Both the position numbers and the translations under genes were made by a program. The notes under the pieces were generated by a model that was given only the letters and a program-made list of their open reading frames with translations, had not been told where the DNA came from and ran no database searches. DNA of 64,000 nucleotides from NCBI GenBank assembly GCA_965235115.1, contig OZ249445.1:12090001-12154000 (forward strand). The letters run 5' to 3'. Positions 39,701 through 52,944 of the stretch are shown one piece after another. This DNA is from Laetmonice hystrix (Eukaryota). Numbering within the stretch: the stretch's first letter is position 1; each line of letters opens with the position of its first letter.

Positions 39701-42700
39701 TTTGATATGAGAGAAGTTTGAGAGAGTCGGAGGAGAGAGTTGGAGGTGGGGTGGGGGTTGTAGTTAGGGGTGTGGTGTGGTGGGTGTGGGGTGTGGAATG
39801 GGTTGTCTGTACCGTCTTCCACTGCCTAGCGTCTCTCCCCCTCTCTCTCTCTCTCTCTCCTCTGAGGGTCGTCAGGTGGCATCATCATGGCAGGGTATGA
39901 CAGAATGCCTAACGAGCCCTCAGCACCTGCTGGGCCCAGGAACCAAACAATAAATAACACTTACTTCTCTCCGCCCGCTCTCACTCAAACACCAACATTT
40001 AACCAGATTCAATGGAAATCTGCCATTTTCACTTATCTCTTCGCCGGCAGAGCCTTTATCTGAATGCTCACGGGAACTTTGGCAAACTTTTCTAATGAAC
40101 AGGCTCAGATTTATGGCAATTCTTTACATGTATGTATTCACAGGTCTACAGTCTGCGCCGCCTGTCCTGTCTTTTAATGTATTACTTCATGAAGAACGTA
40201 CATCAGGTTGGAGCGTGTGCACAATCTCTTATCACTTAGAGACTGTTCCAGGCGCCTTCTACCCAACACCGCCTCGCCGATAATTACCAAGAAAACAGAC
40301 AAAACTCTACCAAATATTTTCATAATCTTCACAGCTACATCAGAGGTGATAAGATCAGTGCAATCTTTCAGAGTTCCAACCACGGCCACTGCACGCATTC
40401 CTTTCCCCTTTAGTGTATTAAATACTCACATAGGAATTATCACACAGTCCCCCTTTTCTAGTCGGGCAAGCTTATTAAAACATTCCTTCTTTACTTCACG
40501 TCGAGGAATATCAATTAAGATATCACTAATTAAATTATCCAAAGCAAAGTTTATCTATACAGACATGTATTATTGTGTTATCATGGGTAAATCCAGCGGG
40601 ATTTTTTTTCAATCCAAATTCACGTTCTCTAACCGCAAGTTTCGTGTCCAGGGTTCAGTATGTACACCGCAGCCATCTTAACCCGGCTTCCTGCTCTATG
40701 GGATTCACAAAAAATTATTGGACAACTTCAGCAGCCATGGGACTCGTTTCTATGGAGATAGCCGTCTTCATAAAAGTTAGTCGCTAGTTAAGTAGCGCAG
40801 CTCAATACAGTGATATTGTCTGTCTTTCTCAACATCTATGTGCATAAGCCCCCAGTTAATGAAATAGCAGCAATGGTATAAAATAGGCTGGTGATATAAT
40901 TCTATATCCGGGAGCAGACAAAAGGATGCGGCTTGCTAGAAGGTGGCCATCAGGCAGGGACGAGCAGCACACGGCTTTAGAGTGGGGAAAGAAACGATTA
41001 AATCTGTCATGTTGGAGTATATTTCCGATGGTGACGGGCTTTTACGTTTATACTTACCATCAACTCCCCCAAGTCTTACGTCTCCTCTATCTCTGGTAAT
41101 GGCTGTTCTATTTAGTCTTATTTCATTCCGTGTCATCAATGAGACACAATGGCCACGTACGTGTATCTATATTTACTCGATGTGCAGCCCGAGGTTGGTT
41201 ATTACCATGGATTACTTCCAAGACAATGGAGTCTTGGTTACTGTATTCTACGTCTGAAATCCCTCCGTTATGCTAATGAAGAGAACCCATACATTTGTAA
41301 AGCACTGCAATCAATACGTGTGGATGATGAAGTTGGTTCTGCATCAGCCGTTCGCCAACTAATGTGTGATAATTACGCACATCTCTCAACTCTTCCTCAC
41401 CAAGTGAAAAGGATAAATTTCTAGTTGGGAAAACAGATCACAGTTATGAGAAAAATGAGAGAAAAATTATATATACTAGTTCCAACTTTCTGACATACCT
41501 CCGGCGTCTATATAATCAAACTCTAGATTTGAAAATGATGGCTCGGTCAAATCACTTTGAAAATTGACAAGGGATATGTAGGAGATGAACTAACCGCAGT
41601 GAGGTGTGAAAGGGGATCCCAGCCAGGTCCCTACACCGGGGGAGGGGGGATGGTAGCACTCTGGGACCCGGGTACCTGGGGTTCTAACACCCACCGCTAG
41701 GTGGACTCGCCCAGCCCTCATCCTACCGCCCACACAGGCCGGACTGCCTACAGCAACACTCTCCTCGCATTCATTGTGCACAAGAAAACATACAACTGAT
41801 ATAGGACACTCCTACGGATGTATCAAGATACCTCGGGCATCATCCTTTATCTTTGTCAAAATTAACGACAAAAGTTCATTTTGAGTGAATCTATAGCTTT
41901 TGTTTAAAATCGACGTTCTTTTAGTCCATTTCAAATAGTTCCCCGGATGCCTGGGATTCTGTACTGTAAAGCTTGCCAACTTCTTCCACTAGGTGTCGCC
42001 TCAGGTCAGTGACCTTGGGACATCTGAGGTCCCAATCTGCTGATCGCCTCATACCTGGGTCCGGCATCCAGGACAATGGGCAAAACAATGCGTGATTAAA
42101 CGCAAACAATGAATAACTGCCGGTCATGAATAATCGCTGTTTTCCTGTGGGTTTCTTATAGTTTCTCAGCAGTTGGCAAGGCTCAGATAGCCGCGTCTTC
42201 AGCCTTTTGTTGGAGTCAGAATAATTCGCAAAACTTCTTCACTGGAGGTGGAGTTCGTATGTTACAGTCTGCCGTTTGCTGCACCAGTCAATGATGACCC
42301 TGGCTAGTGGTGAGCCGTAAACCCCCAATCCCCTATCTCCACAGTGAGGACGGCACCTCTCTCACTGTAAGACTTATCTTTTCACAAATGGCAGGCATTA
42401 ATCAATACAAAACTACACAAGATCATACGACGTACGACAAGAGAAAACGACTGCAGTAAGAGTAGAATTAAAGGACAAAACGTTTCCTTTAGTTTGGCAG
42501 TTATTTCCCGCAGGTGGACAGTTTTCTCAGTAATCGGACATCCTATTACAAACTGCCAATATGTCATCAGACATCAGAAGTGCATAATCCAAGAGAACAT
42601 TTTAACCGTAGCAAATCACGTCATCGTGGGGATGTCTAAAGAAATCGTTTAAAAGCGAATGGAATACATTAAAAGTTTGGTAAAATATTACATCTATTGA

Positions 42701-44489
42701 TGCAAAGACTAAGAAAGTGCAGTTGAAAATATGAACTTCACACGAAAAATATCTGACATGTGAATCAAGAAAACAGCCTGATTGCACGGTGATAAAACTG
42801 ATGTCAAACTTGACTCCCGATAATGTGATTCGCTATGGTACAGTGTTTATGGCTTGTGGTATGCTTTTGAAACGTTTTGTGCTTTAATTCTACTCTTACT
42901 GCAGTAGTTTTCAATTTACTTTTTGTCTTTCTCTTGTCGTACCTCGTATGATCTTGTGTAGTTTTGTATTGATTAATGCCTTCCATTTGTGAACTCTACG
43001 TTTTGTGGAGTACTTTGAAATGAAATTTGAACGATAAGAAAAGAAACACGACATGGTTATAATACCAAAATGTGTTTCAGTTCTTACAAAACCGGAGCGC
43101 AGGAAGTTGGGGGAGAGGGTAGATCGATCAGGCAGTATGGTGGGCCACCGACAACCTATAGTTAGTGAGCTAACAGAATTCTTACAGGACCAATACATAC
43201 TTTTTGTCTTCTGCGTTCTGCCATGTCATGTCAACAACTGGTGTGAGCATGAGAAAACAGTATACTCCGGGAAGAGATAACAATAACAAAACCAACATCA
43301 CTGGGGACACGGTCCGAGCTTTTCTAATTCCAATGGGGAATATTTAATGATAGAAGGTGTCCAAATCTCATATTTCCTTTATGATTATTCCAGCAAGGTA
43401 CCATCACTTATAACACGAGCAGGAGAAGCTCGCATGTCCCCCTCCCTCCCACCTCCTGCAAGCAGAGAGACATGCCATCACATCAGATCAACAACAGTAC
43501 TAAAACTCCTTGGAATACAAGCAAACCTACGAATATTACTCCTCTACTAATGGAACACAGATCGCCAAAAATTCTTCTGGAGGTAAAAGTTTGTCTCTCC
43601 TGACTTTCTTCTACTAATCAAAAGTGAAATGTAATGTTTATCTGTTTCATCAGCTGTTAATGGAACATTCATGTTACAGGCTTTAAACTGAAATTGCTTA
43701 TAATACTTGATGTTGCTTACCAAAATATTAGTCTGTACCAATTCAGGGTTTTTTCTATTTGTTCAGTGCCTACCCAAACATAGTTGAGAACGGCAAAAAT
43801 CAAACAAAAGCTTGGAATAGATATCCAAACACAGCACGACCTAACAGCGTTCTCGTGACATGACTGAGATCCATCAGAATTAGAAACATTAGGCCTAAAC
43901 CTTCCTAACTGAGATCACAGAGATTCTTGCAACGGATCTTTTTCTTTTACTCATGCTGTCAGCATTGTTACTGTTAGAACCCACAGATCTGGTAGATCTG
44001 ACAATTTGTCTGACCTTTCAAAGTTATCTATGCATTTAAATACACAGAATAAAGTTTCGTTCTACCTCAAAGTCATATAATGATGCTGAAAGACAAAAGG
44101 AAAAAACACAATGAAAGTTATATTTGTGCAGACCTTAGGGTTTAGGTTGGTTTATTTCTACTATTTGGAGTGGGTTTTAATTCCTCATCTCCTTCACTCC
44201 ATTCATTGTGAATTTGAGAGCGCGATACAAGGTGAATCCAACACATCTGTTAACAGACTCACAGGTCATGATGCATTCCTCTCACTTGAAGTCCGTGATG
44301 TTGTATTATTTAAATATTTCCTCATATTCCTATCCCTAATCGTAACCTTGACCCTAATCCATTTGTATTTTCTTAATTATCTTGTGTTACACCACGAAGT
44401 TGATGCCTATATGTCCTGCATAACCAGGGAATCCAGGTCCGGCGGATCCCCCTTCTATTATTATCACACCTGGTCCCAATACCTGTATA

Positions 44490-45212
44490 CCGTCGCCACG
44501 GTCTTCTCAAAGTTTGGACTCATCCAAAACAATCTCTCAACGATCGCCAAGGGAGGCGATCTCTCAACGAACGCTCAAAGAACGCTCAAGGAGCGCTCAA
44601 CGATCCCATCGATCTCCCAATGATCTCTCAGCGATCTTTCAATGAACGCCAAATTTTTCCACCCCGAAGGTAGAGATGGCTGAGAGATCAGTGAGGGATC
44701 GGTGAGCGTTCGATGAAAGCCCAGTAGAGTTAATTGCAAGACCGCGGCGGATCATTGTGCGATCAATTTCCGCTTGAGAGCTTGTTGAGCGTTCATTGAG
44801 ATATTGGGGAGAGATTGCCGCGGCGATGGGAAGCGCGGCATTGGGGCTATACAAACGGGTGCTAACCACAGAATAGTGAGATACTCTGTGTGCTAACCCC
44901 TTGGGCGTTTCGCCCAAGAAACGCTCAACAACCTCCTTGGTCGCCCAAGGAACTCTCAATGATCCCCCAGCGATCTCTCCTGGTCTCTCAGTGATCTCCG
45001 TAGATCTCTCAGTGGTCTTTCTCGGTCGCACCTGATCTCTCAGCGATCTCGGTATATCTCTTAGTGATCTCTATTTGTCGCACAACGAGCGCTCAGCAAA
45101 CTTTCAATGGTCGCTGCAGGAGGTCTTAGTCTCCATTGATCTCTCAAGAATCTTTCAATGAGCGCTAAATGATCACCAAGGTCGCTCAAAGATCTCTATA
45201 GATCGCTATGAA
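44490..45212. mobile_element. MITE-like remnant made of dense GATCTCTCA/GATCGC/CGCTCAA sub-repeats in both orientations
   Basis: Forward sub-repeats at 44530-44650 and 44900-45210, reverse (TGAGAGATC, TTGAGCG) at 44680-44830. No terminal inverted repeats or TSD resolved. Confidence 0.5.
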
Positions 45213-45307
45213 AGTTAAGTGAGTGGGTAATTTCCTAACAGTAGACTGACGGACTCTATCTCCACTGTGCATAGATATCAAGCGTAACTCAGTTTACTTT
45301 CAGAAAG

Positions 45308-46297
45308 AACAAGACCTCGTCGGAGTCACAGACCCCTACTGGGTAGGGACTAATTATCTGTGGGTCCAGGAACTATGCGTACTTGGTATTTTTGAGATAC
45401 AGTCCATGTGAGGACATCCACGACACATGAGTCACAAAGCAACTTCATATAGCTTCATCCATCATTTGAAGTATTGGATATCTTAAAGTGTTTTCGAGAT
45501 ATAAATCGTCGAAAATGCCCCTGACCTGGAATTGAATGACCTCACAAGGTCACTCAATGTAAACGAAAATAGTAACAAATGAATCTTAATATGACTTCCT
45601 AACCTTCTAGAAAATATATGCTTACCTTATTCACTCATATGCCTTCTCTTATCACCAAGTTTGAAAGAAATCCAAACAATCTAATTTGAGTTATTGCTAC
45701 AAATGTGTCCAAGATGGCCGCCAGGCGGCCATTTTGAATGATATAAAAATACGTTTCACTGTGTCATCCATAGATTGTCCCTGATCATTATGTAACGTTT
45801 CATGCATGATTTTGTCGTATATACAGAAGATCATGGAACATGGAGCCAAACGAAAGTTCATACATGACTTTTCTTCCTATCTGTCATCAATAGTATCAGG
45901 GATACTATCTTCGAGATTTGAGCCAGAAGTGTTATTTTGGGGGTCAAAATATAAATATATGGCCGTCATATCGCTATGTTTGCTCTGAACTAAGAATACA
46001 TTGGTATATAAATTGCCCCTCATATGCGTCTTCTTTGCACAAAATTTGAAAGAAATTGGGATCGTTTTGTCCGAGTTATTGCCCCAAATGTATTTACATC
46101 CCAGGTGGCCCCCAAGCGGCCATTTTGACTGATATCAAAAATCTGTTCTACGTCCATCATCCAAAGACCATCCCTGATTACGGTGTAAAGTTTCATACAA
46201 TTTGACCCATACAGTTCTGAGAAATCGCTGTCTACGAACGGACATACGGAGGGCACATTAGAAGCCGCCGCCCCTTCGGGTTGGGCGGCTAAAAAAA
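45308..46297 (-). mobile_element. Non-autonomous Helentron-type element (HINE/DINE-1-like architecture), about 1 kb
   Basis: One end has a terminal hairpin AGCCGCC...GGCGGCT (46263-46290) abutting an A7/T7 run, with an ACGG-type microsatellite beside it (46233-46254). The other end is AACAAG (CTTGTT). Internal repeats include GCGGCCATTTTG (45726, 46117) and TGACCT motifs. Confidence 0.6.
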
Positions 46298-49200
46298 GTG
46301 TAGCATCCTACTGGGATCGAACCCGAGCCCCACGATGGGCAGAGCAGTGAGGGTGTGTTGGTTTTATGCCATGTACAGGGCCAGCACACCTGGTCAAACT
46401 TGATTGGGTGATAGAATCCCCAATCACTGCCCGGCTGTGCAGGAATCCAACAGGAGCAAAATGACGAGAATGATGACAACAAAAAGACATACGAGAAGAA
46501 CGCCCTCAGAAAGGTTTCATACCACCTCTTTGACAAGGACGTGTTTCTTTACTGGTGTAGCCGTGCAAAAATACCTTGGATCCCAACCGCTCGATAGGAT
46601 GCTTGGTGAAATCGGACAACCAGCCAGGAAGGATACCCTTAAAACATATCCAGAAAAGAATTCCCAAATGTCATTGAAGGCCCGTACAATCGCTACCTTC
46701 CTCTCTGTCTCTGAATCCCTCTTATGTGATTGTCCTATCTATAGAAAAGGTAATGCAGTCAAAATAGGCAGAACGGGACACTTTGGTCAAAACGAAATCC
46801 GTATGAAGTCGATTTGAAGTCTTTTTTTTAAATTGCTGCCATCTTCTAACTCTGGATGAAATGACAGAAAGAATAAAAATGACAAATGATCCCATCAAGA
46901 CTACAAAGAGATTTAACAGTAAGCAGAACTGGAAATTGGAGGCGTGCCCAGGGCCAAACTTTAAAAAAATACATGAGCGTTTTTTAAGCACTTGGCTTGT
47001 TAGATATTGAAGTGATTGAGTCTGGAAGGCGCGTATCCCTTCTTTAGTTACTGGTGATTATCCTATCCTGAATCCGCTACCGGAGATTGTACCGCCCGGC
47101 TCCCGTTACGCGTGTTTAGCATATCCTTCTCAGTTACCGCTAATTTCGACATACTTGAGTTACCACTGCTTATCCCAGGTTTCCCTCACTAACCAGGCAC
47201 TGTATACTTCAGTCACGGGAGCGACACGATCTAGCGTCGCTCAACAAGTTAAACCTATACCCTTGGCTGAGAGCCTTTTCCAGTTACCAGGGATTATAGC
47301 ATCTTCGGATTCTGTAATCATATCCATGGGGTACAAGTATAACTATTCCACCCCTGTTTAGTTACAACATATTATCCTATCCTGCCTCAATAGTTGCTGA
47401 CAAACGGCCACTTCCTTGCTCAGCCCAGTTCTTTCCCTGTCACATGCAAAGACATGGAAATCTCTTAAATTCTTAACTCCTAACAAGACCGCGCAGACTG
47501 GCCACATACTGGAAAGGGGGATGGGTTGAATGTTAAGAGACCTACAATGTGAGGCCAAGCCATGGCCGCCTTGTTTCCTGTCAGTGAAATACAAATTAGA
47601 ACACCATTACTAGTCCCACTCTATAATTCATTAGATGGTCCGTATGCCTAAAAGGTGGCACGTACAAGAAGACGCGTATGTACATAGAGATAGGGCCCTT
47701 GACGTGACGTCAGTACAAGTGTTGTTTTACTTGTCATTTTCTAGTTGTTCCATACCCGGTGTGAGCTGGTACACCGGCTGTAGTTCCAATCAAGTATTCC
47801 TGAGGTAATCTTTACTTCCTTTAATGGACACAATCTCCCTCTACACAAATACTATCCCGCCGAATACACTGAGCTGAATACAGGTATGAAAGTATATTTT
47901 TTTCCTTTGAATACATTTCAATACTCACGTCTCTCATCTCTAACGAACAATATGCGGCTTCTGAAGGACAGCGGTGTAATAAATTCATTTTATGTTTCCC
48001 TCAAGTGCAATTTATTATATTGTAAGGTACGTTTTTATATTTACCTGCGAAAACTTGGAATTTCCATTTCAAAGTTACCTTCTACAATTCTAAAAACGTT
48101 TTATAAAGCAGCTGCATAGGTTCAAATGAATATGTTTATTCCTACTTTATAGAAATGAATTGAAGTTTGAAGTGCTTCTCCCAGATAAGGCGACTGTAGA
48201 TTGTATGTACTTGCTGCCAGTTCTTTGTAAGCGAACACTGCAAACTTCCAGCAGCGTACCACCAAGTTCAGTTTACGAGATGGCTTAGCACAATCCTCTG
48301 TTTCTCTACAGAATACTTTTTATATTATCATCAACAATACATATTCAAGCCGGAATGATACTTATTAAACTGGCATACAATATTTCTGTTATTTCATCTT
48401 CCTTCATCAGTGTGATCTTTGAAAACGGGACGCATCATGTATACTGCTAACCTGTCCAAGGGACGATGTGACGTCTGAGTCCGTCCATGTACACGACAGA
48501 GTTGCAGGGTAGTTCGTTATTCGTTAACACCTTACATCAGAATGGTAAGTGACATTGTACCGGGGGAAGCTGTTCAATGTGACGTCACGCTTCAGACCTG
48601 TTCCAATGTGGTCAACAGATCGGCAGTCATTAATTCAAACCGTTTCTCCGCTTTAATTGTTCCCGTAAACAACATGGACAGGCGACTTCTGCTATCAAGA
48701 ATATCTGTCATGACAATCGTCGAGATATCCTGCCAACAGACAGTCAACTGCAATAGTAGCAAAAAATAAAACTATTCCTTACTTCAAATCGCATGACAAC
48801 GCTTCTCATTAAAACAATCCTAAGTTGTTCGTCATGTATTTCAAGGGTATTTTTAATTGAAATCTTACAATCAAATGAAAGAAAATATACAACTATAAAG
48901 TGAAACATAATCCAGTTTTCCTTATATGTTGAAAATGTTTTTGGCTATCGGATAGCAATTATGGCATTTTGCCGACTGTACAAGTTCTGTCTTCAAGTCA
49001 TCGACTCGATATGTTATCAGAAGTGCATCTCTGGTGATGTTATATACGCTCTCAATCTCACCATAATTAAAATATGAGTGACATGTCTGTGTTGATAGAA
49101 CACAGGGCCGTACCGCAGTATTACTTCTTTGTAATAACTAATGGAAACCACTCCCACCATTTCCATCAGCATTCCAAGCATGTAAAAATACACCTACCTT

Positions 49201-52200
49201 CCTGAGACATAGAACAGACATTAGGCTACGTCTGCAATCTCAAATTTACAACGTTCTCAAGCGGTTTTAATTAGTGAAAGCACAATACTGTATGTTACGT
49301 GCACCGCCGTAACTGACGCGGAGAACGGCTTTTGGTACAATTCACCAGATTACAAGGAGCTATTCCCACTGCACTGCTACTGGACCTCGGCTTTAACCAA
49401 TATATCGGTCCCCTGAATGAATTGGATGGTATGCACCAATTATACATTCAGTGTAAACTTAAGAAAACCTGTTATTGGTATTAGTACGTGTATGAGTGTT
49501 TAAGTTGGACATTTATTTTGTTCTGGCATCTATAAGTTGAAATTTGCAGTTTGCTGCAGGAAACAAAGTTTTGCTTCACACCAGGACATTCCAGAGGACA
49601 AAGGCAATTGACGAATGCTGAGCCAAGGCTGTCAATTCTAAATGCCTGCGCTATGCCTCATTGGCGGAGTTTGCGTCATTTGCATGGAATGCTTGGTTGA
49701 GTTGTATGCCACACGAAACATACAAAAAATCCAGTGTCATCATCATCAATTTACCATAACTATAGATAGCGGTATTCCGGTTTGAACGTACCAGGGTTCG
49801 ACCAGAGAAAAATCGGAATACTGTCATAACCATCTTTCTCTCTCTTGACATGACAGCTGCATTGTTAAAAGACAAGGCAATTAGTTATGAGTTAGTAAAC
49901 GCCTGGATCTATCTGAGATATGACAGTAACACAACGGCAGTGAGTCTACATGAACGTCCATAAATACACGTCGGCAAAGACCAATAGGAGGCAGCAGTTT
50001 CTGCATGCTAATCACAAAGAGTGCAGACAACTTTTACAAAGTTGCACCATCAGATCATACGTGGTTGCAACAACAAAGCGTGATGTGGAGTTTTGAAAGC
50101 CTGAAAGGAGTAAGGAGTACGGGGGGTGCATGTATAGCGTACCTAGTAATAGTCCCTGAGAGGAGAACGACTTGTACGCCAACATGCCATGTTTACCAGG
50201 GTGGTAACAAAGGCAGGATAAGCACTCCACATACAATTCTCAGATGCTCAGCACGATTCTATTGCCAGTTGGTATTTTACCTAGCATTGTTGTGTACAAG
50301 AAGCACATACCCATGTGCCATACATACAGGAATTTTATTCACTGAAAGTGCTCTGTCACAAAGACGATAACCAGAGCTATAGAATTCCACTAACCCAGGA
50401 ATACAGCGCTCATATAATGCCACAGAACATGAGCCACAATGCCGTTTTTTTTTAGCTAGTTGAAGGGTTTTCAATTGCCGTTTCCATGCGCATTAATTGC
50501 CGGTGAAACGGTAGCTTTGCGAGTTTGTACATGACAGGGACCTGGTGCACGCTCATATATATACATGTACATGAGCGACCTGGCACCACTGACATGTTGC
50601 CAACACAGACGAGAACAACAGATGGTTATTGACATGGCAGCAGCTGTTGGCACCGTCTCTATATCAAACCTACACCTCCACCATAACACACCCCTCTCTT
50701 TGAAGTGTTTTTTTTGTTCGTCCCGCTTAATAGCTCATCAATTTCAGCGATAAAAACGTGGCTTTTTATGAAACTGTTATGTATCCCCCATCTCGTGGGA
50801 AAACTTCAGGATGTTTTTGTGTTAAACCACTACGTTTTACTACTGAGAAGAAAATCTTTAAATACCAATCTCCTCTTTCGCAGGAAATCAATATGACGGA
50901 AGTCCCACTGTTGAACTCAAAACCGGTACCGAGGACTGGAGGTTCTTTGGCTATATACAACTCAAAATATTATTGGGATAGTCTGAAATTATTCACAATC
51001 ACTTCTTTCATTATTATTTAAAATATATCTTCAGATATACGATTTTTTTTTTATCAGAAGCATACAATGTTATCAAAGAATACTGAAAATCAACTACACA
51101 TTAGATTTCAAATAATCTCAAAAATAAATAAATATTCAAATAAATGGAAACTGAACACATACGTAATATAAAAAGAAGCCTACAAACTTCTGTAAGGGAA
51201 TCGGATACGTCATATATTCATTCAGTCCAACCGACACTTGATCTCTGCAGACCTCGTTTAAAAATGTGACATTTTGACATGTTGACGAGAGATGTTAAGA
51301 CATATTCCCAGGCCACACGCAACAATTGCGCAGGCCTGCTCACGTCGTCAGAGGCCCGGACAGCCAACCCTCCCGGATCACGGCGCCTCGCCGCCCAGAT
51401 CGTGTTTTGGTCAAGGACATGCGCAACAACACCGCGCACGCTCAGTCAGTGTGGCGTGCAAACTGCAGGAATTCGGTCCTTAATCATAATGAAACCCTCT
51501 GGGATTATCCAGGCCATAAAAAACGCCCTGTAACTCCTACCATCTGGATGGTAATCTCAAGGTGAGATCCAGATTACGGGTTAGAAGCAAAGTCATTAAA
51601 GCGACGCTCGGAACTTGGCAAAACGTGGTCCCATGCAAATGCTTCCTTTGGCCATGCACCCTTCCTCAGGTTTCTGACTGAAGCGGATTAGGTTCAGTGA
51701 ATGCCAAATGTTGATCAATGAACTTAACTGGTGGGTGGATGTGACGGATGCGTTCATACTAAGAAATCAGCGGTACTGCACAAACTTGTGACGGCAGAGA
51801 TATGCAGGCTTGAGATTTCTAAATGAATGTTGCTGGCACACATCTTTTACACAGCTCAGTTCAGATTGCTGCCTTCGCTGCATTTCCATTTGTTGGGAGA
51901 AACATGCAGCGCTGCACCATTTGTCTCTACCCCATATCAACATTTGTTCCAGTGTCAATGATGCACAGCCCATACACACTATGCAACAAAGGTCTAATGT
52001 ATACAAATGGCATACCAGGCACACTAGAATAATAGTTATTAAGCTGCAAACTTTATTCCTTGTATCGCCTCGTCACATGCAGAAAGCTGTACGAGGTACA
52101 AATATGTAACTTTGAATAATAGTTATTACATATAACAGAATATAGCCTTATCATCAAAATGCAGATAATTTTACTTGTACAATGCCTCCGTCTTCGAATC

Positions 52201-52644
52201 CTCAGGACCTATAGTGTCAGCTAATTATCATCCAAACTGCTGGCAGTCAGGCAAAGACAACTTACCCAAAGAAATGCAGAATTGAGTTCAATGTCGATTT
52301 TAACCCTTTCCTTTATGCAGTTCGTAATTCTTAAAGACAACTGAACGAAGAGCATGCCGCTTCATTTGTAGTGGGAAAAGTTCAATGTAGGTGTTTGTCA
52401 ATTACATTTACTTTATGATATGTGAGAACTACAACAGCCACAGAATAGTGTCCGGTTTGTACGGTAACTTGGTCAAATATCCAGACAGAATCTGCCAGTA
52501 TTTTTATCAACTATGTTGAGAATCTGAACCAATAAGGTGCTATGTGACCCTTTTAGATGGCCTGCAAGTCAAGGTACACAATTCTAGTTTCAGCAAAATA
52601 TGCCAACATTTCTTTCAATTATCAAGGAAATGATAAAAATGCCC

Positions 52645-52944
52645 AAAAAAGATTACTGAGAAGTAAATATCTGAACTACCTTTGAATCTTGTAACATACT
52701 GTGATACCTAGGTAAAAGTTTTAACCAGTCACATCCATCTCATCTCATTCTTCATCTCATTAAAATCACTCTTACTATATCTCCCCATATGTGTATGTAT
52801 ATATATTATTATAGTAAATGTGTCAATATGTATATATGTAAGTTTTGTGCTGGACGGTTTTGAAAACCGGTGCCACCTTGTACCGAAAACCTTTCCAGGG
52901 TAAATAAACGAAATTAAAAAAAAAAAAAAAAAAAAAAGATTACT
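52645..52944 (+). mobile_element. 5-prime-truncated non-LTR retro-insertion with AATAAA, poly(A) and a target-site duplication
   Basis: AAAAAAGATTACT at 52645-52657 and again at 52932-52944. AATAAA at about 52904 precedes 21 A (52917-52937). Confidence 0.75.
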
